Position numbers and translations under genes: made by a program
Shown here: positions 1-11,964 of the stretch, piece after piece
Layout: each line of letters opens with the position of its first letter
Position numbering within the stretch: the stretch's first letter is position 1
Notes under the pieces: generated by a model
Told to the model about the DNA's origin: nothing
The model's database searches: none
Seen by the model: only the letters and a program-made list of their open reading frames with translations
Source of the DNA: Octopus sinensis
Lineage: Eukaryota
Direction: 5' to 3'
Assembly: GCF_006345805.1 (NCBI RefSeq)
Contig: NC_043016.1
Span: 11,780,001 to 11,844,000, forward strand
Length of the DNA stretch: 64,000 bases

Positions 1-7
1 AACAGTT

Positions 8-1430
8 ATACTATAGGCACAAGACCAGCAATTTTGATGGGAGGGAGATTAATTGATACCATTAACCTCAGTATTTAATTAGTACTTAATTTATTAACTC
101 TGAAAGGGTGAAATGCAAATACTGCCTTCATGGTATTTAAGTTCAAGACACAATGAACCCCACAAAATTCCACAAAGCATTTTGTCCAGCATGGCAATGG
201 TGCAACCGTAATAATTCTTTCTAGTAAAGGGACAGGGCCTCAAATTTTGAGGGAGGAGATTAGTCAGTTATATCGACCCCACCGGTGCTCAACTGGTTCT
301 TATCAATCTTCAAAGGATAACGGCCAAAGTTGATGTTGACAGGATTTGAACTCAGAACATAAACCTGGAAGACATGCCTAAACATTTTCTCCAACATGTT
401 AATAATTCTGCCAGCACATTGCTTTAATTAATAAGAGTTTCAAATTTTGGCACAGGGCCAGCAGTTTTGGGGAAGGGTTTAGTTGATTACATTGATCCCA
501 GTGAGAGACTGGCACTGATTTTACTGACCCCCCCAAAAGGATGAAAGGCAAAGTTAATCTCAGCGGAATTTGAACTCTGAGCATTTTGATTTTAAAATAA
601 TTCTAATTTTGGTAGGCGGCCAGCAATGTTAAGGGAAAGTGTTAAAAATCAATGACATCAACCTCAGTACTAAAATCATACCTTATTCTATCAACTCGAA
701 AAAGATGGAAAGCAAAGTACATACTTCTAAGCATTTTGTCCAGTGAGATGGTTCTGCCAGTTTGTCATCTTAATTTATAATTCTAATTCTTGGTACAAAG
801 CTAGCAATTTTGAGGGACGGGGAAGTCAATTACCTTAACCCCAGTGCTCCACTGGTACTTATTTTCAGTACCGCCTGACTGGCCCTCATGCAGGGTGGTA
901 TGTAAAAAGCATCCACTACACTCTGTAAAGTGGTTGGCATTAGGAAGGGCATCCAGCTGTAGAAACTCTGCCAGATCAGATTGGAGTCTGGTGCAGCCAT
1001 CTGGTTTGCCAGACCTCAGTGAAATCGTCCAAACCATGCTAGCATGGAAAGCGGACATTAAACAATGATGATGATGATGATGACCCTGAAAGGGTGAAAA
1101 GCAGAGTCGACCTCATTTGTAATTTGAACTTAGAATGTAAAGCTAAAAGAAACAGTGCTAAGCATTTTGTCTGGGACACTAAAAGTTCTGCCAGCTCACC
1201 GCCTTAATAACAATAACAACAATTCTTTCTACAATAGGCATAAGGCCTGAAATTTGGGTGTGTGGAGGGGACAGAGCTATGATTATATCAACCCTCAGCT
1301 TTTTTTACCCAAAAGGATGAAATGCCATGCCAACCATTTTTAGAATTTCAAATCAGGACATAAAGTCAGAAGAAATGCCACTAAACATTTTCTTTGTCAT
1401 GCTAACAATTCTAGGAGTTTGCTGCCTTAT
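8..1430 (-). mobile_element. Cluster of about 6 head-to-tail diverged tRNA-headed SINEs (family B relatives), one interrupted by an RTE-tail element at about 862-1083
   Basis: The motifs aaaggatgaaaggcaaagt / gaatttgaactcagaac / aattctgccagc recur about every 200 bp. Confidence 0.75.
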
Positions 1431-2689
1431 GTCTTGTGCCTGGTGAAAGCCATTAACTAAAAAATTTTTAAACAAATTATACAGCAGTCGTAAAGAGCAT
1501 ATCATCACAAAAACTTTTTAGGAGAAGGGTACAACTGAATAGAGTTGAGTGTGGTACAATAATGGGGATATAACAAATTTTTTTCTTTTTTGTATTTTTA
1601 TCAGCCCAAACAGATGGTTAGCAGGTTTTGAACTTGGGCTGTAGAAGGACAAAAAAAAGTTTAGTCTGATCCTCTACAGCTTCCGTTATGCCATTGCCTT
1701 TATTTTCCATAAGAGAAAGATATCTACTTTTTAGTGAGACAAAGGTTTTATGCCTTTTTTAAATTTTTGTGTTGGGGAGGAAAAAATTTCAACTTTAAAT
1801 ATATATGTGTGTATATATATATATATGTATATATAAAGTAATCTTTATATATCAAACAGCTTTAATCCAGCAATTACTTTAACTTTTTGAAGAACAGCAT
1901 TGATTTTAGAAAAGTTTTATTTACAAATGGTGGGGGGAGGGGAGAAGGTTAAAACACCCATACATGTGTGCAAAAGTGGACCTTCACTTGTACATTTGTG
2001 TGAAGGATCAAACATAACTGACTGATACTTTTCAATCAGTTAAAACACCAATCTATTTCACTACAGCATCCAGTGTAACCAGACAACTGGAGGAAGTAAC
2101 TTCTTTAGAACCTTTTGAAAAAGTAGGGAAATATGTGTGCGTGTGTGTGTGTGTTTTATATATATTATAATATGAATTATGATAAGTAAAAGTTAATTTT
2201 TATATATTTCAAGTATAATTCTTAAAATAATTTGTTTTGTTACAAAAATGGGGGGGGTCAACGGTTTAGTATTTTCAATGAGAAATTACCATGCACACAA
2301 ACATGAAATACATACATATATATATATATAAGCACACATGCACGCACTTATACACAAGGTATAGATGAATGTTAAGCTTGCTTCACAACCAAGAGGCCTT
2401 AGGTTCAATCTCATGTTCTACAATCAAACTCAAGCCTTGCAAATTGATTGGTTAACTTGTGCAGGAACTCACTGAACAGACAGACTGCTTCTGTAATTCA
2501 AAAGCCCAGACTTGTCAAACTTGTGACACACAGGCTCTACACAAGAATTACATTAGGGGGTGCATGTGTCTGTGGAATATTCAACCACTTCACTTGCAAG
2601 CACTATGTCCCATCAGTTTCGTTAAACAACCAGATGTTCAGATATTGAAATCTATTTAAGAGGCAATCATCATCATCATCATCATTGTG

Positions 2690-2935
2690 AAGGTGTATGT
2701 GTTAGTGGTTAGGATATACAGCCTACAATCATAAGGATGTGAGTTCAATCTCCAGTGGTGTGTTGTGTCCTTGAGCAAGACACTATTTCTTGTTGCTCCG
2801 GTCCATTCAGCTGGCAAAAATGGACAGTACCTGTGGTTCTACAGGTCAGCCTTGTCACATTCAGTGAGTCATGCTGAATCTCTCTGAAAACTATGTAAAG
2901 GGTACGAGTGTCTGTGGAGTACTCTGCCATTTATG
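2690..2935 (+). mobile_element. SINE family E, 5' part
   Basis: A/B-box-like head (tagtggttag...gagttcaatctcc) and a body shared with the copy at 31290-31800. Confidence 0.65.
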
Positions 2936-2949
2936 ACAAAACGTGCAAA

Positions 2950-3330
2950 TGGCTGAGTGCCAGGCCAGCATCATGTTTCTAAACTCCCCCATAGGAGTGG
3001 GTAGCCACAACGAGACACACACCAGGCATTCCATTCATTTCCCAGTCCTGGGTATAACGCTAAACTACATCTGGTAGTGGGACCCTGGGGGGCTATGGTT
3101 TCAGGGTTTGCGGAGTGTGGAACCACCTCTTAGCCACTGTTGTTCTCAGGTCTACTGGGAGTGGTAGCACCTGTAAGGGTCCCAACTATGGATTAACTAG
3201 CAAACCCTCCTGCAACTGGGGGGAAACCAGTAGAATGCAGTCGCTGTATTCCCTGCATAGCATAAGAAGTGACTAAAGGGGTGGGAGCAAAGGGTCTGGG
3301 AATCCACTCCTAGGAAAAAAGTTCCTAAAA
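2950..3330 (+). mobile_element. Probable RTE LINE 5'UTR fragment
   Basis: ccctgcatagcataagaagtgactaaagggg resembles the RTE 5'UTR motif ccctgcttgtcgtaagaggcgactaaa. This is recognition from memory only. Confidence 0.4.
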
Positions 3331-3354
3331 AGACATCATCATCACACATACACA

Positions 3355-3735
3355 TATATATTCTTTTACTTGTTTCTGGTCATGCTGGAGCACCACCTTT
3401 AGTCAAGCAAATCGAACCTAGGACTTATTCTTTCTAAGCCTAGTACTTATTCTGTCGGTATCTTTTGGCAAACTGCTAAGTTACGGGGGATGTAAACACA
3501 CCAACATTGGTTGTCAAGCAATAGAAAGGAGACAAACACAGACACACAAATATATACACACATATATATATACACAATGGGCTTCTTTCAGTTTCCATGC
3601 ACCAAATCCACTCACAAGGCTTTGGTCGGCCCGAGGCTATAGTAGAAGAGACTTGCCCAAAGTTCCACACAGTGGGACTGAACCTGGAACCATTTAGTTG
3701 GGAAGCAAGCTACTTACCACACAGCCACCCCTGCA
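3355..3735 (-). mobile_element. SINE family A (tRNA head, internal TG/TA microsatellite, (taaaagag)n tail)
   Basis: Aligns by eye with the near-identical copies at 33490, 52655 and 62294. Confidence 0.85.
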
Positions 3736-3989
3736 CCTACATGTATTTATATATACATTCATACACATGCATGGTCACAAACACACACACACAGAATGGA
3801 CCTCTGCCAATTTTGTCCATCAAGTTTCAGTTACTTAATTGGGAATTCCAAAGAGAAGTGAACATAGAATTCACCTAACCCTCAGGCAAAAATCAGCATT
3901 AAACTGCATCAGGGCATTATTATTATCATTATTATTATTGTTAGTATTATTATTTAAATAATAATACTACTAATAATAATAATGATAAT

Positions 3990-4560
3990 AATAATGCCCT
4001 GATGCAGTACCAGGCAGTGGCTCTCATGGCTTCTTAGCTTAACTGATTGGAAGTGTTATCATGCACATTGTTTTGTCTAGGTATAAAAGATGGGCTACAG
4101 CAAATATTCTGCTCAATACCACAGATTTGCTTGTCAGTTGTTTGATCTTAACTAGTTGACCATGTCCCTTAATGGCTGACGATATGTGCATCTCTGATCA
4201 CGAGTAGAAGTTGTGGGGGAGCATCACAGCCATGTTTTGAAAGGGATTCTTTGGGGTTTGGATAATTCACCTCTGGAAACATGGGTGTTTCGTTCAATAT
4301 CCTTAAACAACCCTTATTCAGGGACCTTTTGAGCGGGATGGGTTACTTGACCAGAAGAAAATTCTAACTGGGCCCCACCTGCAAGGTCATGTGCTGTTAA
4401 TCTTGATATGAGATCACCATGTTGCGCACATATGGTTGTGATGCATGTGCCTTAGTGTACCCTTATCAGACAGGTAGTCATGATGGGTATACTGGGCTTC
4501 GTATATTTTACTCCAGTGTCACTTTGATGGCATGAACTGCTCTCTCACTCAATGATAATG
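3990..4560 (-). mobile_element. About 570-bp interspersed repeat ending in ctgcatcagggca(tta)n, probably a retroposon
   Basis: Higher GC than its flanks, bounded by (AAT)n runs, with a microsatellite tail. Family not assigned. Confidence 0.45.
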
Positions 4561-4581
4561 ATGCTGAACATGTTTGTTAGT

Positions 4582-4587
4582 TTTATT
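4582..4587 (-). terminator. Candidate proximal polyadenylation signal (AATAAA) of Smaug
   Basis: AATAAA on the minus strand about 310 nt after the inferred stop. Position only, no transcript evidence. Confidence 0.3.
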
Positions 4588-4896
4588 CTAGTTTAAACTG
4601 TGACAATAAAGTGGCATACTGTCACTTTCAAAAAGGGCTTCATGTATATGTGTGTGTGTGCACATGTGTGTGTGTATGTGAGTGCACGTGTGTGTGTGTG
4701 TGTGTGTGTATGCGTGTGGGTATTTATATATATATATTTGTAAAGTTTAGAAAAAATATATAAAAGAAGATTCGGGTTCTTATTAAATTTTCTTCTGGTA
4801 CAGCTGTTGTGGAAAATATGCCCATGTAGCAGTAGAGTCATCTTCATCAAAGGACAAGAATTATACTTGTTAGATCAAGAAAAAAATTGGATTTCT

Positions 4897-4904
4897 TTAT
4901 GTAT
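4897..4904 (-). CDS. SAMD4/smg: Smaug/SAMD4 last coding segment (D-T-stop)
   Basis: A very strong pyrimidine tract and ccag acceptor are followed by AT ACA TAA. This completes phase 1 as ...ALGMDT*. Confidence 0.7.
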
Positions 4905-5372
4905 CTGGAAAAAAAAAGAAAAAAGAAAAGAAAACTGTTATATTTGGAACATATAACAGAATTCTTTAAAAATTCTCTATAGAACAAACTTTATTAAATA
5001 AAAAATTATGCATTAAAAACTTAAGATGTTTTTTGTAAATTATTCTGATATACATAGAATGGAATCAAAGAACATTATTTAGTTAATTTAGCAATAATAA
5101 TAGGTTAAACAGACAAGCATTTAACCTTTATACCAACCCTTAGTTTGGACTGCCCCTAGTTCTACCATACCAACTTGTTTTGAAGTGATCTAAATTAAAA
5201 CCTTTTATTAAAATTTCCTTCTAATTTGTGTTGACAAAAACCAGTTTAATAAAGATCATGTTTTTACAAAATTTATTATTTTAAAAATAACTTGAAACAA
5301 AGGCAGGAATTCCAAAATGAATATGATAAGAAAAGGGTTCAAAGTGAGTTTTTCATACATGCATACATCTGA

Positions 5373-5594
5373 TACAATGGGGTGCTGTAAAGTGCCTGAC
5401 TTTGAGTAAAAGAAAATACAGGGGGATCAGTTAATTGTGATTTTACTCAATGTATTCCCCTCTCAGATTCACACACTTTTTGCAGTGGTCCTTCAGTTTT
5501 TCCAAGCCCTGTAAAAGAACTCGGAAGGTTGGTCCTCCTGCCAGGCGTTTCATGATACCCTTAAAGCAAGGAACTTTTCAGCACCCTCTTCGTA
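5373..5594 (-). mobile_element. Mariner-derived MITE
   Basis: TA-flanked TIRs (tacaatggggtgctgtaaagt / acttttcagcaccctcttcgta). A second copy lies at 27843-28063. Confidence 0.75.
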
Positions 5595-6370
5595 CATAAA
5601 GTTTCCCCAAATGCTTTACTCTACAACTACTGAACTGTCTGCTTTCTGCAATTACTTAAAAATTTGGCTTTTTGATCATCGTAGCTGAACGCCATCTGAC
5701 ACAAATTTCTTGAACTGTTTAACAATAGATGCAAGCAGGGTTGCATAGTTTAAGCTATCAGGTCGAGGGCTATATTACCAAGATGGGTCTATTAGCAAGA
5801 CAGGTATTGTACATAACATTTATACTAGTTGTACTTTTATAGTAGTCAATTGAAGACCATAACATTGTATTATACTTGCCACAGCTGCTACTTTAACCAT
5901 TTATAGTTTGTACCATATTAGTTCTCTATGTGAGTGTTCTGTGATGAATTTTGCAAAGATGGTACCCTTTCCGGCGGGTATATTATGGTAGTAGGACTAT
6001 CTACAAGTACAAAAAAACAATATTTTACTAAATATTAAAAAAGAGAAGAAAAAAAAAATCACTTAAAAAAAATTATTTTAGAATAAGTAGCAATTGGTAC
6101 ATCGTACTTAATATGGATATACTGTAAGGAAGCTACCAAACTGCAGCATTTGTCTTGAGAAAGTATTGTATATAGACGTATAGTGTTAAAAAGTACAGAA
6201 GTATTAGTAGCAGATGGGAAGCGTCAAAACAGCAGCTATGGAACTGCTAGATCACATGATTTTCTGGATATTGACACAGCATAGCTAGCAAGCAGGCACT
6301 ATCCACTGTATGCTTAGAAAAATTTTGCCTCTACTGGTATATAAAAAAATAGAGGTGGAAATTTGTTTAA

Positions 6371-6592
6371 CCCTTTAGTGTTTAAACCGGCCATATCCAG
6401 CCCAAATATTCTAAATGTTTTATATTCAAACTGGCGATATCTAGCCTTTCACACCTAACCTATATTGACATTCTAAAAATAAACAATCACATCATTGAAA
6501 CCTCAAAGCTATAAGATAATGCATGATTAATTAAAAACAATTTGAGTTTTAAAAAATATTGCATTTAACAGAATAACCTGAACACTAAAGGG
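6371..6592. mobile_element. piggyBac-like MITE (about 220 bp)
   Basis: TTAA|CCCTTTAG ... CTAAAGGG|TTAA, i.e. CCC/GGG termini with a TTAA target duplication. Confidence 0.85.
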
Positions 6593-6879
6593 TTAAGCAT
6601 GTACTTGACAGTGGATGACAATAGGCAGAAATCATGTGATCTAGCAATTCCACTGCTGTTGTTGGATGCTTTTTTCTTTTTTTTTTGCAACTAATACTTC
6701 TCTGCTTTTTAGCAGAATACATCAAAACAAGATATCTTCTGAAGATGAATACTGCTGTTTTGTAGATTTCTTATCATCATTATTCTGAACTAATATTGCT
6801 TCACCAATAATGAATCTTTAGAATAAGTACTTTTATTCTTTAAGAGAATTTAAAAGTGTTAAAAGTTTTCAGTTCTTAC

Positions 6880-6957
6880 CCATTCCTAAAGCAATTTCAG
6901 TCATACTGCGACACAATGAATCAAGGCTATCATTAATTTCTCTGTCTATTTCTATCA
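6880..6957 (-). CDS. SAMD4/smg: Smaug/SAMD4 exon (78 nt, phase 1-1), conserved C-terminal motif
   Basis: IEIDREINDSLDSLCRSMTEIALGM matches SAMD4 EINNRLESLCLSMTEHALG. Acceptor tttcag, donor gtaaga. Confidence 0.92.
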
Positions 6958-7626
6958 CTGAAAAATTAAACAAATAGAATAAAAATTAATTAATGCATTA
7001 CAGAAAATTCAAATGTGCTTAAAAAGACAAACATGAAATTAATCTAAGAGGTATACACCAAAGATATATCTATAGACCGTGAAATAAAGTGTCTTGCTCA
7101 AGAACACAAAACACAGTCCACTCTGGGAATCGAAATCACTACCTCATGACTGTGAGCCCAACGTTCTAACTGCTGAGCCAAGCAACTCTCTTATACAGAA
7201 CACTAATTAAGTCTTCTGTAGCTGCTTAACCAGACAAGAGAATACAATGTTTCACACAGCTGCCATGATATCAGCTTCAGCTTTCACAGAACAAGCTAAT
7301 GAGGAAATATGTGGTCACTCCAACTGTTAGAAAAAGCAGTCAGATCTTACTCAAATCACAACTTACTAGCATACAAAGAAAAAAGAAAAAAAATAGACTC
7401 CTGATAAAATGTAAATAAGATGCTTGGTTGAAGCTGGAATACTTTTGACAATAGGCTCAGTTGAAATTGACATGATGCTATAAAAAAAAAAAAACAGAAG
7501 CAGCAGTAACATGCTGGAGCAACACCTTTGGTTGAATAAATCGATCCCAGGACTTATCATTTGTAAGCCTAGTACTTATTCTATCAGTCTCTTTTTGCTG
7601 AACCACTAAATTACAGGGACATAAAC

Positions 7627-7670
<44 letters not shown>

Positions 7671-7975
7671 CATACATATGACGGGTTTCTTTCAGTTTCC
7701 GTCTATCAAATCTCACAACAGTAAATTCTTCAGGGTTTGTATAGACAAAAGAATGCTCTCTGTATGCTCTGGAATGAAAGAAAGCACAGAGCCTGGAGCA
7801 CTTTCTTTTACCCCTTCAAGTCTTCAATGCTACTTATATTAAGAAAAAGAAAGAAAAACCCAATCCTTTGGAACAGGATTTTTGATTCTATAACCTAATT
7901 TAAATTGCAAGGCAATACAAATACATATATAAACACCATCTGCAAAAATAAAATAAATTGATTAATTAAATATAC

Positions 7976-8054
7976 CTGATTTGGATACAAGAAAGTTCAT
8001 CTGGGAAGACTGGCTAGGAGCAGATTGTGTTTTAGTAACAGCTGATTTTACAGG
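7976..8054 (-). CDS. SAMD4/smg: Smaug/SAMD4 exon (79 nt, phase 0-1)
   Basis: PVKSAVTKTQSAPSQSSQMNFLVSKS resembles the SAMD4 RTQSLP motif. Acceptor tttcag, donor gtatat, phases fit. Confidence 0.82.
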
Positions 8055-8633
8055 CTGAAAAAAAACAAACAAATGAAACAATTTAAATATCTAATAATAA
8101 TGAAGAGGAAAGAATTATTTTAGCACCAAAATCAAGAAATTAAATAGCTCTAAAAGCTGTATTTTCTATATAAATGTGGTTTGTTAAATCAGTGGAATGG
8201 ACACAGGAGAAGGTGAGGAAATTGAAGCACAAAGCACCCCCATTGAAGCTACTGAGGCATGGCCAACAGCTTTGGGGGGAAAAAAGAAGAAAAAAAACTG
8301 GCAGAATCTCTGGGTACAGAAAAGCAAGTCACAGAAGAGAATGCTGTGCAAACTGAAAATCGACTTAATCCGTTTGTCTGTCCTTGTTTATCCTCTGTGT
8401 TTAGCCCCTTGTGGGTAGTAAAGCAATAGGTATAGAAAACACTTGCCTAAGGTGCCATACAGTGGGACTGAACCCACCATGTGATAGAGAAGCAAATTTC
8501 TTACCACATCGCCACGCTTGCTATTTAGATATTTTGTGCAAAGCATGTTAAGCCAGGTGCCCGTCAATGTGATAATGAAAGAACAATAGAACAAGGAAAG
8601 CGAGAGAGAGAGAGAAAAAGGAGACATACATAC

Positions 8634-8838
8634 CTCTATTGGATTTGAAACCACGCTGGGGCTATATGAATTTTTTCTACTTATTGGAATGTGCCCACAA
8701 CCTATAACCGAAGACCGTTTAGAACCAAAACTCCATTGAGATAGACCAGCAGCAGTAGGTTTCTGGGGATCTCGTAACATCCTTTGACTACTCATTCTCA
8801 TATTAGAGTTAGCACAAATAGGAAATGTGTTGCCCCAA
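8634..8838 (-). CDS. SAMD4/smg: Smaug/SAMD4 exon (205 nt, phase 2-0), low-complexity C-terminal region
   Basis: Long pyrimidine tract plus cag acceptor, donor gtatgt. The frame is open (WGNTFPICANSNMRMSSQRMLRDPQ...SNPIE) and the phases fit both neighbours. Sequence homology is weak. Confidence 0.8.
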
Positions 8839-9519
8839 CTGAAAAAAAAAGGAAAAAAAATAATATAAAGTAAACGTAAGTTATACGAGTTAAACAGGTT
8901 TTTTTAAGAATTATTTATATTTTTTTTTACAAAGAATACAACAGCAAATCTGTGAGTTAATAGTTGCAGTATGTTGTTATAAGTGGTTGTTATAAGTGGT
9001 TCTTTGCCAATCTTTGAAATGGACTCTTGAAAATGGTTTACAATGTTTGCGAGTAGATATCCAACACTCTGTTGGTTATGACGACGAGTGTTCCAGCTGA
9101 TCTGATCAACAGAAATTAACAAGAAATTAACAGTATTTGAGCACAGTATTTGGAGTGCTCAAATACTGTGGCGTATTTGAGCACTCCACAGACGCACATA
9201 CCCTTAATGAACTTTTCAGGGAGATTGTGACACAGAATGTGACACAGGTAGTTAGGTTCAGTGTGTATGTGTGTGTGTGTGTGATTCTAGTAAGTAGCAC
9301 AACTCAAAGAACTGCATTGGTAGACAAAATGAAGGATATCAACAGGCTAACAAAGATACTTTTTACCGGAGTGAGATGACCCTGTTATGATTATGACAGT
9401 GGGTTAGCTCGTAAGGAAGTGCAATGCACACAGGAATCTTTTGCTTTTGTGATCCTTTTCCCAAATGTTGACTGGTTTCATCCAGACATTGCAGATAGTG
9501 TTCATCTATAGAGATGTAG

Positions 9520-9742
9520 TACAGAGCTGGCAGAACCGTTAGCACGCCGGGCAAAATGCGTAGCTGTATTTCGTTTGCCATTACATTCTGAGTTCAAATT
9601 CCGCTGAGGTCGACTTTGCCTTTCATCCTTGATAAATTAAGTACCAGCTACGCACTGGGGTCGATGCAATCGACTTAATCCATTTGTCTGTCCTTGTTTG
9701 TCCCCTCTACGTTTAGCCCCTTGTGGGTAGTAAAGAAACAGC
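9520..9742 (+). mobile_element. SINE family B (about 230 bp)
   Basis: gagctggcagaa-cgttagcacgccgggc...gagttcaaattcc head, gcctttcatcc core, tttagccccttgtgg tail. Confidence 0.85.
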
Positions 9743-11333
9743 TGTTGTATAGTTATGAGTAAACCTCTTGGAATGAGGACTTTGGCTGTGTGAAGTATAT
9801 GAACAGACATCAAGCAGATATGTCTAGGACACTACTTGGTGCCTCAGATGACTTATAAATGGGAAACATTTGCTGTTCAAGAAAAGCCAGTCGAGAAATG
9901 GCAAAACTTCAACCACATAGAGGTCTCACAGTACCACAGGACAGGAGATATACATTAGGATGCGAGTTATATTGTCTTGATTAGCTAATATTCAGATAAT
10001 CCATTGAAGCTATATTCAGAGATCATCATCATCATTAAATGCTCATTTTTCCATGTTCACATGGTTCAGATGGAATTCATTGAGGCAGACTTTTCTACAG
10101 TCAAATGTCCTTCCTGTTGCTAATCCTCACCTGTAATATTTCCCTATGGCCTGACATGTTTGTCACATAAGACTGGAAACAAACATTACTTGTATGTGAC
10201 AATGATATTCATTTACAATTATCACATAATTTCCGATGACCGGTCGAGTAGGAGGGCACAGTGGCGTGCATGGAAGCCGTGGACGCGAGCCCAGATGAAG
10301 CCGACTGCAGGTACAGATCTTGGTGGTGGTAGCAAATATTCAAACACACACACACACAAACAAACAAACAGGTATGTTTCAGTTTCAGTGATGCCTGGGT
10401 AAAAGTTGAGTTTGGCATTGAGAAATAGTCTGGTGAGGAACCTAATGAAGAAAGTTTAGAATGGTGATGCCACTGTAAACTACATGCTGTTTGCTTTACT
10501 CATATTTTAACCAGATATACTATTCACCAGTGATAAATACAAATGATTTATCACCTGAATAACTTGACTTTGAAGAAAATAAATACTTCTCTTTAAATTA
10601 TCTACAAACTTACAAAAGAGAAACATTAATAGTCAAAAGTCATGCAATCAGAGGAAAAATTGTCATTTTATTATACCCAGAAAATATAGTTATGGGTATC
10701 AGCAAAAAATTATTTTCTAAGCTTTTAAAATCTAAAATGGATTGTTATTGTCAAACATTAGAGACAGAATCATTTTTTTCCCCCTACTTTGGCCACATAT
10801 TTTGGGTGCTGACGAATAAGAAAAAAAAAACTTGATGGCCTTGCTAGTGCTGATGCCATGTGAAAAAGCACCTAGTACACCAAGTGGTTGGCATTGGGAA
10901 AAACATCCACCCACAGAAACCATGTCAAAGTTGACATTGGCGCTTAGCACCCCCACCACCAAAAAAAAAAAAAAAGTTGATATCAGAGCTTGCTAGTTTC
11001 TGTCAAACCATTGTCATTTCTCATTCTTACCTTAATGGAAATTGAAAGTTAAACAATGATGATGAAGCTCAGTGTAACTGAAGAATTAATAAAAAGCAAA
11101 AACTGAAACAATTCCAAAAATATGAACAGATTTGTGAAATAAAGGAAGTTAATGCATTTGTGTGTTTAGGTCAAATGTGTATCTTATTTGTATCCAATGG
11201 AGATCGATACACACACAACAGATTTGAAGATCTTAAAAGGGATCAAAGAAATAATTCTTCTGATGTATTTCAACAAGATATGCTAAAATATTAAAGGGTT
11301 CAGGAATTAATATTAACACATAAAAAATCTTAC

Positions 11334-11434
11334 TTTTTCCTTGGTTTTACATCTATGTTATATTTAGGAGGTGAAGTGATTTGGATTTCCTGCTTCCAGG
11401 ATGTCAGTAATTTTCTTTGTTTTTGAGTAAAAGC
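11334..11434 (-). CDS. SAMD4/smg: Smaug/SAMD4 exon (101 nt, phase 0-2), PHAT domain end
   Basis: AFTQKQRKLLTSWKQEIQ matches SAMD4 AFTETQKKRLLSWKQQ. Acceptor ctgcag, donor gtaaga. Confidence 0.93.
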
Positions 11435-11650
11435 CTGCAGGAATTAAGAGAAGAAAAAAAGATAACTGAATGAAGAATTGGATTTTGTTTTTGGACAGTG
11501 GTTCTCACTATGGTCCATATAAGATTTTGTTAAAATTTTTACCTGTAATAAATTGGTTATACAAAACACAAAATAGCTTAACTTTTTTGTAAAATTCCTA
11601 ATAATATTTCATTATATAAATATAAGAGGATGTTTTAAATATCAAATGGC

Positions 11651-11950
11651 TATGAGGCTCCATCCAAGTAAAACAGAAGTTGAAGGGACCCGTTCAAGTA
11701 AGATAGAAATCGAAGGGGTCCATCTGAGTAAGATAGAAATCGAAGGGGTCCATCCAAATAAGAAAGAAATCGAAGGAGTCCATCCAAGTAAAACAGAGAT
11801 GGAAGGGATTCATCTGAGTAAAACAAAAATGGAAGGGGTCCATTTGAGTAAAATAGAAATGGATAGGGTCCATTCGAGTAAAACAGAAATGGAAGGGGTC
11901 CATCCAAGTAAAACAGAAATTGATTCAAGTAAAATAGAAATAAAAGGGAT
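11651..11950 (+). repeat. 30-bp minisatellite, about 9-10 copies (catccaagtaaaacagaaatggaaggggtc)
   Basis: Directly visible period-30 tandem. It gives a 104-aa decapeptide-repeat ORF (HPSKTEMEGV)n. Confidence 0.92.
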
Positions 11951-11964
11951 TCGCAAATAAAAAA

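Noticed and set aside
1450-4896. Smaug recognition elements or Pumilio sites for autoregulation
   Set aside because: The matches I saw (for example TGTATATA) lie inside SINE microsatellites. I could not establish a CNGG stem-loop without folding software.
8174-8360. Protein-like plus-strand ORF MDTGEGEEIEAQ... and a strong minus-strand acceptor near 8272
   Set aside because: The phase-0 reading from the acceptor stops after 6 codons and no donor is evident. The plus ORF runs into poly-A and a SINE.
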